Position numbers and translations under genes: made by a program | Shown here: positions 1 to 12,392 of the stretch, one piece after another | Position numbering within the stretch: position 1 is the first letter of the stretch | Layout: each line of letters begins with the position of its first letter | From: Octopus vulgaris | Taxonomy: Eukaryota | Assembly (NCBI GenBank): GCA_951406725.2 | Contig: OX597817.1 | Span: 76,136,001 to 76,200,000, forward strand | Length of the DNA: 64,000 nucleotides | Direction: 5' to 3' | Notes under the pieces: generated by a model | What the model saw: the letters and a program-made list of their open reading frames with translations, nothing else | The model's database searches: none | Told to the model about the DNA's origin: nothing

Positions 1-379
1 AAAATTCAAATTAACTGATAAACTTTATCAGTAATACACTTTAGTAAACCTGATAATTAAGGTGACATTAAAAAGTGAAACCCTAAAATCTTCTCTTTGA
101 TATTCACGAATTCATCCTATCAGTTTTATCCCTTCAATACGGAAGGAAACCAAGCACATTAAGAGCTTTTGTTTTCACAGCTGGTAAAAAAACTGCAGCT
201 AAAGATATACCAGTTCAATGCACCTATTCCATTGTACATGATGAACATCATGAAAATGGTTTCACCATAACATCTGCCCTCCACGCGGGATTACGAAGAT
301 ACGAAATAGAATCAGCGTAATGACCCTTTCCGTCTTTTGTTATTGACAGTTTTAAGAGTCTTTCCGTAGGACATTAGTA

Positions 380-2395
380 AAGATCAAATTAACTAAATGT
401 GAACACGCAAAGTGTAATGTGAATGCTCAACCAACTCATGTTCTTTTTTAAATCGTAGATATAGGTATCAAATGACATGGCTTCAACGAGAGGATGCAAA
501 AATGATCTCAACTTATTTTGCTATACATACGGCAAGTTCACACCAAAAGCCAACGGGAAACCGATATCTGGCTTTTAAAAGAAAGCCTATCGTGCTTACT
601 TTCACGTCGAGCTTGGTGATCAGGACAATTCATGGGCTCCTCACATTGTTTGCAAGACATGTTTGGAACACACGAGACAGTGGACTTCAGGTACCCAAAA
701 ATCGCTGAGATTCGCTATTCATATGATCCAAAGAACCACTCTGACATATGTTACTTCTGCTCAGTCAGTAATAGGGGACTGAACCAAAAGAAACGCAAAT
801 CTATCGAAACAGCGAAAACGATCCTGACTATATTCTCGAAACCGTGCCACAGCTGTTTAACCAAAATGAGCTGAATAATTTGGTTCGGGACTTAAATCTG
901 AGCAAAGAATCAGCAGAAATTTTGGCCTCAACGAAAAACACCTGTTAGCAAAAGGCACAAAGGTAACATTCTATCAAAATAGGGATGCGGAATTTGTACC
1001 ATTCTTTAATGAGAACATGGATCTTGTTCATTGTAATAACGTTAAGAGCGTTCTACTTCGACTAGGTGTCCACAAATACGATCCTGATGAATGGAGGATG
1101 TTCATTGATAGTTCAAAGTGTAGTTTGAAAAGTGTTTTGCTCCATAATACCAACATGTATTCACCAATACCTATAGGTCATTCAACAACACTGAAAGAAA
1201 AACATGATGCCATCAAACAGGTTATGGAACAGATTGACTACACCAAACATAAATGAGTGTTATGTGTCGATTTGAAAATGGTAAATTTCCTACTTGGTCA
1301 ACAAAGTGGCTACACGAAATTGCCATGTTTGTTTTGTGTATGTGGGACAGTTGAGCGAAAGAAGAGCATTGGAAATGGAAAGATTGGCCATCCTCCCGAG
1401 AGTTGAAGGACAGTGAATAGAACGTTATTAGCACAGTGCTAGTTCCGAAAGAAAAAATCATCTTCCCTCCCTTGCATATGAAATTGAGATTAATGAAGCA
1501 GTATGTAAAATCACTCGACAAAGAATGTAAATGTTTTGAGCATATATGTAAATCATTTCCAGGACTTAGCACCGAAAACCTCAAAGCAGGTGTGTTTGAT
1601 GGTTCTGAAATCAGGAAACTCATTAAGAATGATGAGTTTGTAAATTCAATGAATGACTTGGAATTACACACTTGGACATCGTTTGTTGACGTGGTGAAAA
1701 CTTCTTAGGCAATCACCGGGCCGAAAACTACAAGGAGTTAATGGAAAAGCTGTTGAAAAGACTACAGAAAAAAATATGAGTATTAAGGTTCATTTTTTAC
1801 ATAGCTATCAAGATAAATTTTCGGATTATTGCGGGGATGTGAGTGATGACCAAGGAGAACGATTCCATCAGGATATCAAAACAATGGAAGAGTGCTACCA
1901 GGGACGGTGAGACAAACGAATGATAGCTGAGTACTGCTGGAGTATCAAAAGGGACTTACATAACATTGAACATGACAGACAATCAAGAAAGAGAAAATTT
2001 TTACCATAGTTCTTATGTTCACGAAGGTTTTATTTCTGCTGTCAGTTTATTTAATGATTTGATGAAAATACTTGTTGGTCTTGGTATATTCAGTCGTGTC
2101 ATTTTTAAAGACTTAGGGTCTGATTGTTTATTCAAAAAGAGTATTTCTCAATAAGCAGACCAATATTTGTTGGTTTATATACGAATTGAGAGGTTTCTAC
2201 GATTTTACTTTGAGAAATATTGCCATGGATCAATAACAAATGCTTTTCATTCCAAAAATGAGGCATTTCTGTACAGCAAAAACGGTAGCTAACCAAGAAA
2301 AGTGAGGTCATTTTCAAATTTAGCGCCCTCAAAATAGCTAAAAAGATGTTAGGTGTCTCGACACCATTTCAAAAAAAAATTTTGGTTGACCAGTG
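380..2395 (+). mobile_element. Decayed DDE-type DNA transposon (poorly classified family) with frameshifted transposase; right terminus present
   Basis: Successive frames give NHSDICYFC, WRMFIDSSKCSLKSVLLHN, LGQQSGYTK, PPLHMKLRLMKQYVKSL, KAGVFDGSEIRKL, MSIKVHFLHS and VSDDQGERFHQDIKTMEECYQGR, a motif series typical of a widespread invertebrate transposase. Ends TTGACCAGTG followed by TA. Confidence 0.8.
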
Positions 2396-4191
2396 TAATT
2401 CTTCCTGCAGTAGGCTGTGTAGTACTTGACAGAAAAACACACAATTACCCACAAGCAAATGGAATAGATTGGTTGGAAATGAGATGGTAGATTTTAATTG
2501 GAAACGACCGACAATGTGACTTATTGATAGTCATTACAAACTCTATCAAAATGGAAACAGTAATCGTGTAAAAATATATAGTAAAGTAGTAGCACACCAC
2601 CTCCATTTGACTCTTGGTGCAATGAACTGTTTTGAATAATGTGCACTTTCTGTAGTAATTATGCTTTCAATTAAACGTTTATTTAAATGAAGGTTTCGAA
2701 TTCATTTCCAATTTATTGTCCATTAGACTCATTTAAGTTTTGTAATAGCATTAGAACACATCCCTTCACCGAGGCCAAATTAGTTTGAGGCACTCCATCA
2801 AAGTTTCAGTTGTTTAGAAACTCCAATAGATAATTGCTCAGACAAATTATAATCAGCACAAAAATCAAGGATTTTGTGATCGACTTCCCTCAAATATATT
2901 AATGATTTCAGCTTCGTATAATTTTGCAAAATTCTTGATGTGACCGTGTGTGTTGAAACAGATTTTGTTGCCTCGGGAATTATACCAATAATAATCACAA
3001 TCACTGGTTACATTTTGCTTATTCACTACTCGTCAGTTGGTTAGATAACTAACTAACCAACCGACTGTTGATTAATCATTCAGTTAATAAATCACTCAGC
3101 ACAACTGATCAATTGATAAACCGAATGATTAGTAAAACAAGCAATTGGTTGTGTGACTAAATAGCTAACCAATTGATAAAAAATTAAGAAGTGAAATTTA
3201 ACCACTACGTGTGCTTATTATTGACAAAATACTCTTCCTGAGATACAACGAAATATTCATTATTTTCTTATTTACCGATTTATCACATCATCATTGGTGA
3301 GGAAAGGTATCGTTCAGATTGTGAAGTATGCAAATTACTATAAGCTGCAAAAACTTAATTCACCGTATCACGTACATTCAGTAAAACCTTAAGTTTAGAT
3401 TTGGTTTGAGTTTCCAGCTCTTTCTTCTCTTCACCACCACCACAAAGTAAAAAAAACACTCCAGTGACTAATGTTCTCTTCTCAAATAAATATCATGTCT
3501 TTCTCAAAATGAACAAGAGACGCAACTATCTTCATGGTAGCAGTTTATTTCATTTTCTTTAAGAAATAATTGTAAAAAAGTCGCCTGGAAACATCATTCT
3601 TTTGCCATCAAACGGTAAAGCATTTTGCAAAAGCCACAAACTGTGCGATCATCAGCTTCAGGCACACACATACACACACATATACACACACACACAAACA
3701 CAAACACACATGCATACACACAAACGGATATAGACACGCATATAACCCACATTTTGCCCAAATTATTTAATTATCGTCGTCTTTTATGTGTAAAAGAGAC
3801 TCGCACCCGAAATATTATAGAATCATTAAACAATCTATGTAAAGGAATTAAATATCTTTTTGCTTTCATTTATTAAGATCGCATTATATATTTTTCCTAA
3901 CTTATAACTTGTATTATTCACAGGATTCTTCAAACACACACATACATACTGTCATCTGAAATTCGTTAGATGAAGAGATACGCACACTTCATTGTGTGCT
4001 TCGATGGTTCAATTAAAACACCAGCTCCATCACATATTTACAAAGGTTGGAAACTCTTTTAACTCAAGAAGTCGTGACACTTTGCTAACGACTGGTTTGA
4101 ACTTTCTAAAAAAGTTAAACAAAGCTCAATGATAAACATACATAAATACAGGCATACAGGCGTACCCCAACACTACTTACATACACACACA

Positions 4192-4581
4192 TCTTTTATC
4201 TTTAATCTTTTGCCTTGATTCAGTCATTAGACTGCTGCCATGCTGGGGCACCACCTTGAATTTAAATCGAACGAATCGATCCCGGTATTTATCGTTTTTG
4301 TAAAGCCTGGTACTTATGCAATATCACCCTTTTGCCGAACCGCTAAGTTATGAGGATATAAACACACCAATACCGGTTGTTAAGCGGTGGTGACAGAAAA
4401 CACATACACAACGACACACACACACACACGAATAGATATATAAATATGACGCTCTGTTTCCAATTTCCATCTACCAAATAAATCTACAAAACTTGGGTAG
4501 CCAAAGTGTCACGCAGTGGGACTGAACACGGAACCATATAACTGGGAAGCAAGCTTCTTACAACAGAACTACGCTGGCGCA
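4192..4581 (-). mobile_element. tRNA-derived SINE family A, diverged copy
   Basis: Reverse complement matches the copies at 26490 and 55996 (GGTTCCGGGTTCAGTCCCACTGCGTG head, GTAACTTAGCGGTTCGGCAAAA body, CAGCATGGC..CAGTC..ATGACTGAA tail). Confidence 0.85.
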
Positions 4582-4867
4582 CATCATCTCAATATTTTAA
4601 ACCACAATCACTAATTGTTTTTACCAGTTAATTGCTAGCATCAATACTTCAAGAATAATCGCTGTGGGAGAAAATTGTAGGACACACATTTGAATGAGCT
4701 GTAATGCCAATAAATTTTGCTGGACAATGGAAGCAGTTCCAGTAATCTTGGTAATCTGAATCCATTTTGATTCAGGCTTTGTCGTTGGTTATTGCAAATG
4801 TCTGGAAATGATTCAAAATTTCTGATGTATACAATATAGTTAACCAAGTGTTGCGTTTATGATAAGA

Positions 4868-6029
4868 CTAGCAGCATAGCCCGGCGTTGCCCGGGTATGT
4901 AAGAGCCCCTAGTAGGCAACGACTAATCCCAATCTAGTCCTTTCCCTCTAGGGAACGAAGGCGCATGTGTAGGTTGAAGTGTCTTCTCTTCACTCCCAAA
5001 TAACTATCAAACAGCTATCGATAATTCAACCCAACCAATTCCTACCAGGAAGAAATTACATTTGAGACTTTACCCCCAACACCACCACTTCTGCTAATAG
5101 CTGCTGCAGCCGCAAGTTATTCGAATACTTTTTTTGTTTAAACTTTCTTTATAACTACCACCCCAAACGTTTTACCTTAAATTTTTGACGTACCCTAAGG
5201 GTCCTCGAACGCTACTTGCAAACTCTTGGTTTATTATAAACCGCTTTTGTCGTGTGCACCAAAATACTTTTTCCATTCGTTTGTTCAGTTTGGTCACTTT
5301 TGACTTTTTCGTTGTTGTCACTCACATTGCTGCCCGCTTTTTTGCCAATTTTGTACATTTTTATACATTTTGGGATACTTACCCCACGTGTTCCGAGAGT
5401 TAAAAAGGTCGAGTTGCGTCCCTTAGACAGTCTGTGGTTTGTGTTTAATACACAAATCGGTTTGCTATGTGTGCCACATATGATTTAATTAACCGATTTT
5501 TTCCAGTAATAAAGTTTCCTATTGGAATAAAAAGGGTCATATAGCTCATTGGAGCAGACATGATGCTCACTGTGAATTTTTAAAAAAATTCCTGCCAATT
5601 TGTGAAAAATATTGTCGAAAATATGTCATCGTGAATTTGAACGCGATTTCCCAAAATGGCATGATTTTATCGATTTTTTCTGATGGTAAGGTATTGCATG
5701 GAAGACTAACGTCAGAAATAAGTTTCTTAGGGTAACATTAAGCTTCACCATGAGTTTGGTGAAAATCGATTGCAAGTTGCGAAAACTACAACAGAAAATG
5801 TGTTGCATATAAAAAGCTTAGATTCTCGACCCCATGTCGAATTTATCGATTTTTTCAGAATGGGGGAACTTTTCAAAATTTTTGCTGCGTTAGTTTTGAA
5901 TTATGACATTGGGCTATGTGTGTGTCAAGTTTCATCAGAATCGGTTGAAAGCCGTGGTCAGGGTGAGGGTACAACCTGACAGACACACAGACACACAGAC
6001 AGACAAACTGCCGTTTATATATAGAGAGA
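4868..6029 (-). mobile_element. Non-autonomous Helitron
   Basis: Minus strand begins A|TCTCTCTATATATAA followed by a (GTCT/GTGT) microsatellite, and ends with hairpin CCCGGGCAACGCCGGG then CTAG|T. These are Helitron TC...CTRR ends in an AT target. Confidence 0.85.
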
Positions 6030-6385
6030 TGTCCTTTTCATTACAAATATGTAGCACCAATAAAACTCATCATCTTTAGGCTCTTGTGCGAAAAGACAAG
6101 CGATGATTTTGAAAGATTTCTAATCGATCTTAGGATTCCCACAGCGACAATTTTGAACTAAATTTACCTTGAACATAAGCTTCAGAACAGATAGCAAATT
6201 CACAGGTATCATTCATGCCACTGTCAGGTGACTCAACATTAAGACTGCTTTCAAATGTTTGGCATTGGCTACTCATTAGAGGCAGTTCTCAGACCTTGAT
6301 CTAAGCATGATCAAGATTGAGATACTTAAATCATATGTTGATGATAGCTTTCAGAATCTTAGGGGGTGATCTTGTAGCTGCATTA

Positions 6386-6491
<106 letters not shown>

Positions 6492-6546
6492 CATACATAC
6501 ATACATATATGTATAAATAAATAGATATATATATATGTATATATAT

Positions 6547-7116
6547 ATAATAGAAATATTAAAATAACTAAGTCTCTCTAAAAGAGAACAGCGGCAGCGT
6601 TCCCGGAAAATAATAGTTATCGCCATACTAATATGGCATTCTTATAAAAATAAGAAAAAAGCTGTCCGCTTAGTAGCTCCATGAGGCCATCGCCTTAAGT
6701 TAGCTATTTGATACACAAACTGTATCCATATAACCTTCGAACAAGGGAGGTCAGTCGCTCCACACTACTTGACCGGCAGCTACAGACGCGTTTCGGGGTA
6801 TTGCCCCTTTTCAATGCAGCGTAGCCAGCCAGTAGGTGTCGCTTCCGACAATCTCTGTTCGATGGTTTTATTTACCTAGTTTCGGTGGAATACATCCACT
6901 TGTTTTCAATAATAGAAATATTAAAATAACTAAGTCTCTCTAAAAGAGAACAGCGGCAGCGTAGTAGTGTGGAGCGACTGACCTCCCTTGTTCGAAGGTT
7001 ATATGGATACAGTTTGTGTATCAAATAGCTAACTTAAGGCGATGGCCTCATGGAGCTAAGCGGACAGCTTTTTTCTTATTTTTATAAGAATGCCATATTA
7101 GTATGGCGATAACTAT

Positions 7117-7118
<2 letters not shown>
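6547..7118 (-). mobile_element. Short PLE-derived / retrozyme-like element in (TA)n: 362-bp unit plus 54-bp repeat plus 156-bp inverted segment
   Basis: 6547-6600 is directly repeated at 6909-6962; 6963-7118 is the reverse complement of 6611-6769; HHR motif inside; TA tracts on both sides. Confidence 0.8.
6779..6820 (-). ncRNA. Minimal type I hammerhead ribozyme, U3-A8 core variant
   Basis: GCUGCA UUGAAAA GGGG caaua CCCC GAAA CGCG UC/ UGUAGC: stems I and II pair, stem III is palindromic. Confidence 0.75.
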
Positions 7119-7200
<82 letters not shown>

Positions 7201-7202
<2 letters not shown>

Positions 7203-7348
7203 AACTAAATGTAGCGGTTCTACAGAGGACAGTGTTACTGTTCTTTTAGCCCCAGGAAAACATCTTTTCCAGCTGGCCAACGACACACTGTCTTGGGGTT
7301 AAAAGCAGCAGTAACACTGTTTTCTCTAGGACCGCCAACTTTTAGTTG
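7201..7348. repeat. Imperfect inverted repeat (about 57-bp arms) made of a PLE-like 3' end fragment
   Basis: 7202-7257 pairs with 7291-7348; the sequence resembles the terminal part of the 35-kb HHR element. Confidence 0.75.
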
Positions 7349-7480
7349 CCAAATATATTTTACGATTCCGCACTGTTACTGTTTATCTCTCGCTCAGAGA
7401 TTTAATATAACTTATCTTTTTCTCTCTCTCTTTTTCTGTCTGTCTCTCTCTCTTTCTCTCTCTCACTCTCTCTCTCTCTC

Positions 7481-7525
<45 letters not shown>

Positions 7526-7669
7526 GCACACACAAATATCAGTTATAGACAGAAAGATAGAGGGAGTGAGTTCGCACGAGAGTTTGTATGTGTGTGTGGG
7601 AGTAAGAGACAGAGAGAGAGAGAGGTGGGAGAGTGGGAGGAGAAAGGGAGAGAAAGGAAGAATCTAGGC

Positions 7670-7837
7670 CAGTGGTTCCCAAATTGTTGTTCGTAAAGGT
7701 CGTACTGAGGGTTCGTGAACTAAATTCAAAATTTCATATTTATATATATACTTAAGGATCAACATATTAAAATGGGTCCGTGGGAAAATTCATTTAATCA
7801 AAAGGTGTCCTTGGTAGTGTAAAGGTTGGGACCACTT
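7670..7837. mobile_element. hAT (Charlie-like) MITE
   Basis: Termini CAGTGGTTCCCAA / TTGGGACCACTT with 8-bp target duplication ATCTAGGC / ATCTAGAC (NTCTAGAN type). Confidence 0.8.
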
Positions 7838-9087
7838 ATCTAGACACAAGACTTATGCTAATAAAAACAGACTGAAGGTCATGTTTGATATTGTTAATCT
7901 ACAAGATAACAATGCAGACTATCCTGTAGTATGATAGAGATATAATTATGATGCTGCTGGCCGTTGGAGGCGAGCGTGGAATAGTAGTGTGTCAGGTGGT
8001 TGAGTGTCTGATAGGGATGTATAGAATAGAGTGGTGTGAATACAATGCTGAAAATGGAATTTATATAATTAGGAGATAAGCGAGAGGAAATGGTATTTAG
8101 GTGTAGGAATAAAGAGAGAGAAAAAAGATCAGAACGGGAGGTGGAGTTCAGAAAGATCTGTCCATCTATATCTATCTATCTATCTATCTATCTATCAATC
8201 TATCTATCTATCTATCTATCTATATATATATATATATATACAGAGAAAGAGAGGAGGGGAGATAGAGGAAGGGGAGAGAGAGAGGAAGAAAGAAAAAGAG
8301 AAAAAGAGAGAAAGAGAGAGAGAGAGAGGAATAATGAGGCAAAATTTCTTGTTAAAGGTTTGTTAGAATGTAAGAGTTCGTCAAGACAAGACCATAAGTC
8401 GTAACAAGAAAACGAGGATGAAATCCTTCGAGCTAGAGAAAGAAGAAAGAAATGCTGCGTGGGATTGAACAAAGAAGAAAAAAGAGTGAAAACGAGAATG
8501 AAGAAGTACATGTGTGAAGAAGAATGCTTATATGAAGAAGCGAATAATTAATAGTAAATATACCAAAAGGAAACAAAGAAAAATAATAAAATGAGAGAAA
8601 AGAATAATTTCAGAAGCAAAATATTTCTCAGTAGCTACAGATGAAATTCTATCGATCTTTTCACCTAGAATAAATACGATAATAGTGTGCAAGAAATAGA
8701 CTGTTATTGACTTAATTACTGTTTAAACCAGCCAAAATATTCTGTTCTTTATTTAGTTGTTGGTATAACATGAAATGCTCTCAAACGAAGTACGAAAGCA
8801 TAGCATGCAGAATTAGCGAACTAATAAAAAGTGATGGGAGTGACTAGTGTTAAATCTTGCAGAACTGAACTGAAAATCCCCAAATAACTCACGGTTAATC
8901 AGCTTCCCTTTTGGATGGAGAAGAATCGCAAATTATGGAAATAGCTTTGGCTTGATTCCGTTTCTCATTTTTCAGTTATGATAAGATCATCATAATGCTA
9001 TATGTGACGGAAAACATAAATAAATTATATTGCATCTATCTATCTATAAACATATTACACACAAACACATATTATGTATGTATATAT

Positions 9088-9149
<62 letters not shown>

Positions 9150-9154
<5 letters not shown>

Positions 9155-9216
9155 TCGAAACCTATATCTTACGACCGTGAGTGCAATGCTCTGACCACTT
9201 AGCCATGCGTCTTCAC
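9150..9216 (-). mobile_element. SINE family C head fragment
   Basis: Matches the tRNA-like heads at 30250-30322 and 40180-40249. Confidence 0.65.
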
Positions 9217-9314
9217 AAATATAACTATACATATAATTTAATCATCTCTGTTTAGAACCACAATAATGATCAAAACTGTATTTCGACGTCATTTATAATC
9301 CTTTCTGTCATAGG

Positions 9315-9515
9315 CAACAGGCCCGAAATTTTGAAGATGGCTCTTAGTCGATTGAATCTCTCCCTCCCCAGTATTTGATTGGTACTTATTTTACATACAC
9401 CGAAACGATGAAAAGCACAGCCGACCTCGGTAGCATCCGAACTCAGAACTAAAGAGAGAAGAAATAATGCTAAGCATTTTCTCAGCATCCTAATGATTCT
9501 CTTAGATCGTCGCTT
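9315..9515 (-). mobile_element. SINE family B, old diverged copy
   Basis: Degenerate match to 10141-10373 (GGTACTTATTTT...GAAA.GATGAAA.G...CGACCTCGG). Confidence 0.7.
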
Positions 9516-10140
9516 TTCTTACCTTTATTATACAATTCGCTCAGTTCCTAATTCGAGTGAACACAATGTAGGAGACTTACACGCTCGTTCGACCTGCTAA
9601 AATTGTGAACAAAATTTCCCATAAATCACAAACGCTGAGCCAATCCCGGCTGTTATAGTGTTCGTGATAGGCCTGCTCATTGGCTACTGATCAATAGGTA
9701 AACAATTATACAAACATCAATAGCAATCTAGTCTCACAGAATTACACATTGTATCATTTAGTTAATTTTCTCTAATACATACTGAACATTAATGTATTCG
9801 ATGCTGGGAACGCCTTATCCATTTAATTGCAATGGTAGTATTATCTGAGGCAATAGATGTTTAATTCTAATGTTGATGCTGTATCATGTGTTAACGTGAA
9901 GAAAGAAAACGATTTCTAATGAGTTTCTCATTGACAAATTGGAGTAGTTATATTGGGTCATCCCATAAATAATGCAGTTTTTTATACTTTATTTTTCAAA
10001 TTTAAGGTAAACAAAATTTTTTTTAATCTAAAATATACTCGCCTTCATTTTCTGCAATATTATTCCATCTATCTGGTATACTTGCAAGGCCCCTCTTCCA
10101 AAATTCACTTGTCCGTGACGAAAAATACTAATCCAGTACT

Positions 10141-10373
10141 TATTTATTTACTACCCACAAGGGGCTAAACACAGAGAGGACAAACAAGGACAGACACACG
10201 GATTAAGTCGATTATATCGACCCCAGTGCTTAACTAGTACTTATTTAATCGACCCCGAAAGGATGAAAGGCAAAGTCGACCTCGGTGGAATTTGAACTTA
10301 GAACGTAAAGACAGACGAAATACCACTAGGCATTTTGCCATGCGTGGTAACGTTTCTGCCAGCTCGCCGCCTT
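10141..10373 (-). mobile_element. SINE family B (Nin/Deu-domain-like core), full length
   Basis: Core CCGAGGTCGACTTTGCCTTTCATCCTTTCGGGGTCGAT recurs many times in the window; target duplication AATCCAGTACT on both sides. Confidence 0.9.
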
Positions 10374-10417
10374 AATAATAATCCAGTACTGTTCTGACCT
10401 CGTCTACAGAATTCATA

Positions 10418-10825
10418 TTACTTGTTTCAGTCATTTGACTGCGGCCATGCTGGAGCACCGTCTTTAGTTGAGCAAATCGATCCCAGGACTTATTCTATGT
10501 AAACCTAGTACTTATTCTATCGGTCTCTTTTGCCGAACCGCTAGGTTACGGGAACGTAAACACACCAACGTCGATTGTCAAGCGATGTCGCGGGGACAAA
10601 CACACACACAAACAAATACACACACATACATATACATATATATATATATATATATACATATACGACGGGATTCTTCCAGTTTCTGTCTACCAAATCCACT
10701 CACAAGGCTTTGGTTGGCCCGAGACTATAGTAGAGGACACTTGCCCAAGGTGCCATGCAGTGGGACTGAACCCGGGACCATGTGGTTGATAAGCAGGCTA
10801 CTTACCACACAGCCCCTTCTGTGCA
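10418..10825 (-). mobile_element. SINE family A, full length
   Basis: High similarity to 26490-26955 and 55996-56372, with an internal (TA/CA) microsatellite. Confidence 0.92.
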
Positions 10826-11984
10826 TAAATATAATCAGATGGGGCAATGTCCAGCGAATATGGTGAGTGAGGCATCGTTTCCAATTCAAACTGCTCCAGC
10901 CTTTGTAATGTCATCCTCGCTGTACGTGGCCGAGCATTATCCTGATGGAAGAAAACCTTTTGTCTTGAAACCAAAGGTAGTCTTTTTTTCTTCTAGCGCT
11001 GACTTAAGCTTCTCAAGCTGCTCGCAGTATTTCCCCTTTGTTATCTTTTGGTGTGGATTTAAAAGTTCAAAGCGGACTAAATCTTTCACATCCCATCAAA
11101 CAGATAACAACACCATACATGGTTGAAAACATTCATTAACCTGAGGTGCCGGTGTTTTCCTTCTCCCTACCCACTGAATTCGGCGCTTGACATTTTTTTG
11201 AAAATCCACTTCATATTACCAGTCAGAATTCGGTCCCCAAAAAGGTACATTCGTGAGACATGACAGCAAAAGGGAGCACTCATTCACTCTGTGTACGCAA
11301 TTGTGCTCGGAAAATTTTGTGAGGAACACATTGACCCAATTTTCTGACCTTCCTGATGGTACGCAACTGTCGATAAATGGTTGAATGAACAAATCCAAGC
11401 TTTTCTGCTTGTTCCACAGCAGTGACGACGGGATTTTGTTTCACCAGGGTTTGCAAGATGTACTCGTCGAACTCTACAGATCTTTCTGGACGAGGCTCGG
11501 ATTTTCTGGAACTACCGTTGACACTGGCTTAGGCTTATTGTCCGATCTCCATATACTGCATTAATATTCCTCGCACTTTCCGATGTGCTGTTGCTTTATT
11601 GAACTCATTAAGCAAAACATGCCAAATATGCTCCTTTACCACTTTCATTATACCTTTGAAAAAATAACTGTTAAAATCGAACTGCACCCTGCGAAACTTG
11701 CACTGGGAATAAGTACATGGTAAACTAACTACCTGCTTTTATAGCAAGTTGATGCAAGTAATTTATCCTATCCCCCTGCGACGTTTAGTTCATGCAATTG
11801 AAAAAACCGCATTATTTATGAGATGGCACAATATATTCATTGAAGCGTGTGCACATAAAGCACAATCTTTAGATATGCATTGAGTGATTGGATGGATTCA
11901 ATAATCCGAATACTAAATCAAGACCTTATTTTGCATAAATATGGGTAATCGTAGCAAGGAATTCAAGATATGTGTGTGTGTGTA

Positions 11985-12380
11985 AGTTCAAATAAAGGTT
12001 ACAAACCTCATTACGAAATAATAAAATCCAATGAATATACTGGTTTGTTACCTATTACAAGAAGTATTGAATATTACAAATAATATTCAACTGTAAGTAA
12101 CTGGATAAACCGGGGTTCATTTCTATTTTTAAGAAAATAAGAAAATAGAGAGATAATTAAATTAATAATTACTTTTTAATTATAGAATAGGACATATTTT
12201 CTGACAGCTGTTTCGATTCAAGGCTTTTAGAAATTAATTAGTATAATATTATACTAATTAATTTTACTAATTAGTTTCTAAAAGTCTTGAATCGAAACAC
12301 CTGTCAGTGACGATGTCCTATTTTATAAATAATAAATAATTATTAATTCAATTATCTCTCTATTTTCTTATTTTCTTAAA
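11985..12380 (-). mobile_element. PLE-like terminal-repeat fragment with about 120-bp fold-back palindrome and half hammerhead
   Basis: 12128-12250 is the reverse complement of 12251-12380; arms carry GAAACAGCTGTC / GAAACACCTGTC; microsatellites flank it. Confidence 0.65.
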
Positions 12381-12392
12381 TATATATATATA

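Larger units (their letters stand above)
9951..11833 (-). mobile_element. Mariner DNA transposon, decayed, with two nested SINEs
   Basis: TIRs TATTGGGTCATCCCATAAATAATGCAGTTTTT / AAAAAACCGCATTATTTATGAGATGGCACAATA flanked by TA. Minus-strand remnants KEHIWHVLL, NINAVYGDRTIS, HQDNARP, PPYSLDIAPSDY. Confidence 0.88.

Noticed and set aside
3030-3190. Two short hairpins (GTCAGTTGGTTAG/CTAACCAACCGAC and CAATTGGTT/AACCAATTG)
   Set aside because: They lie in a decayed AACT/AACC/GATT-type simple-repeat region where short inverted matches arise easily.
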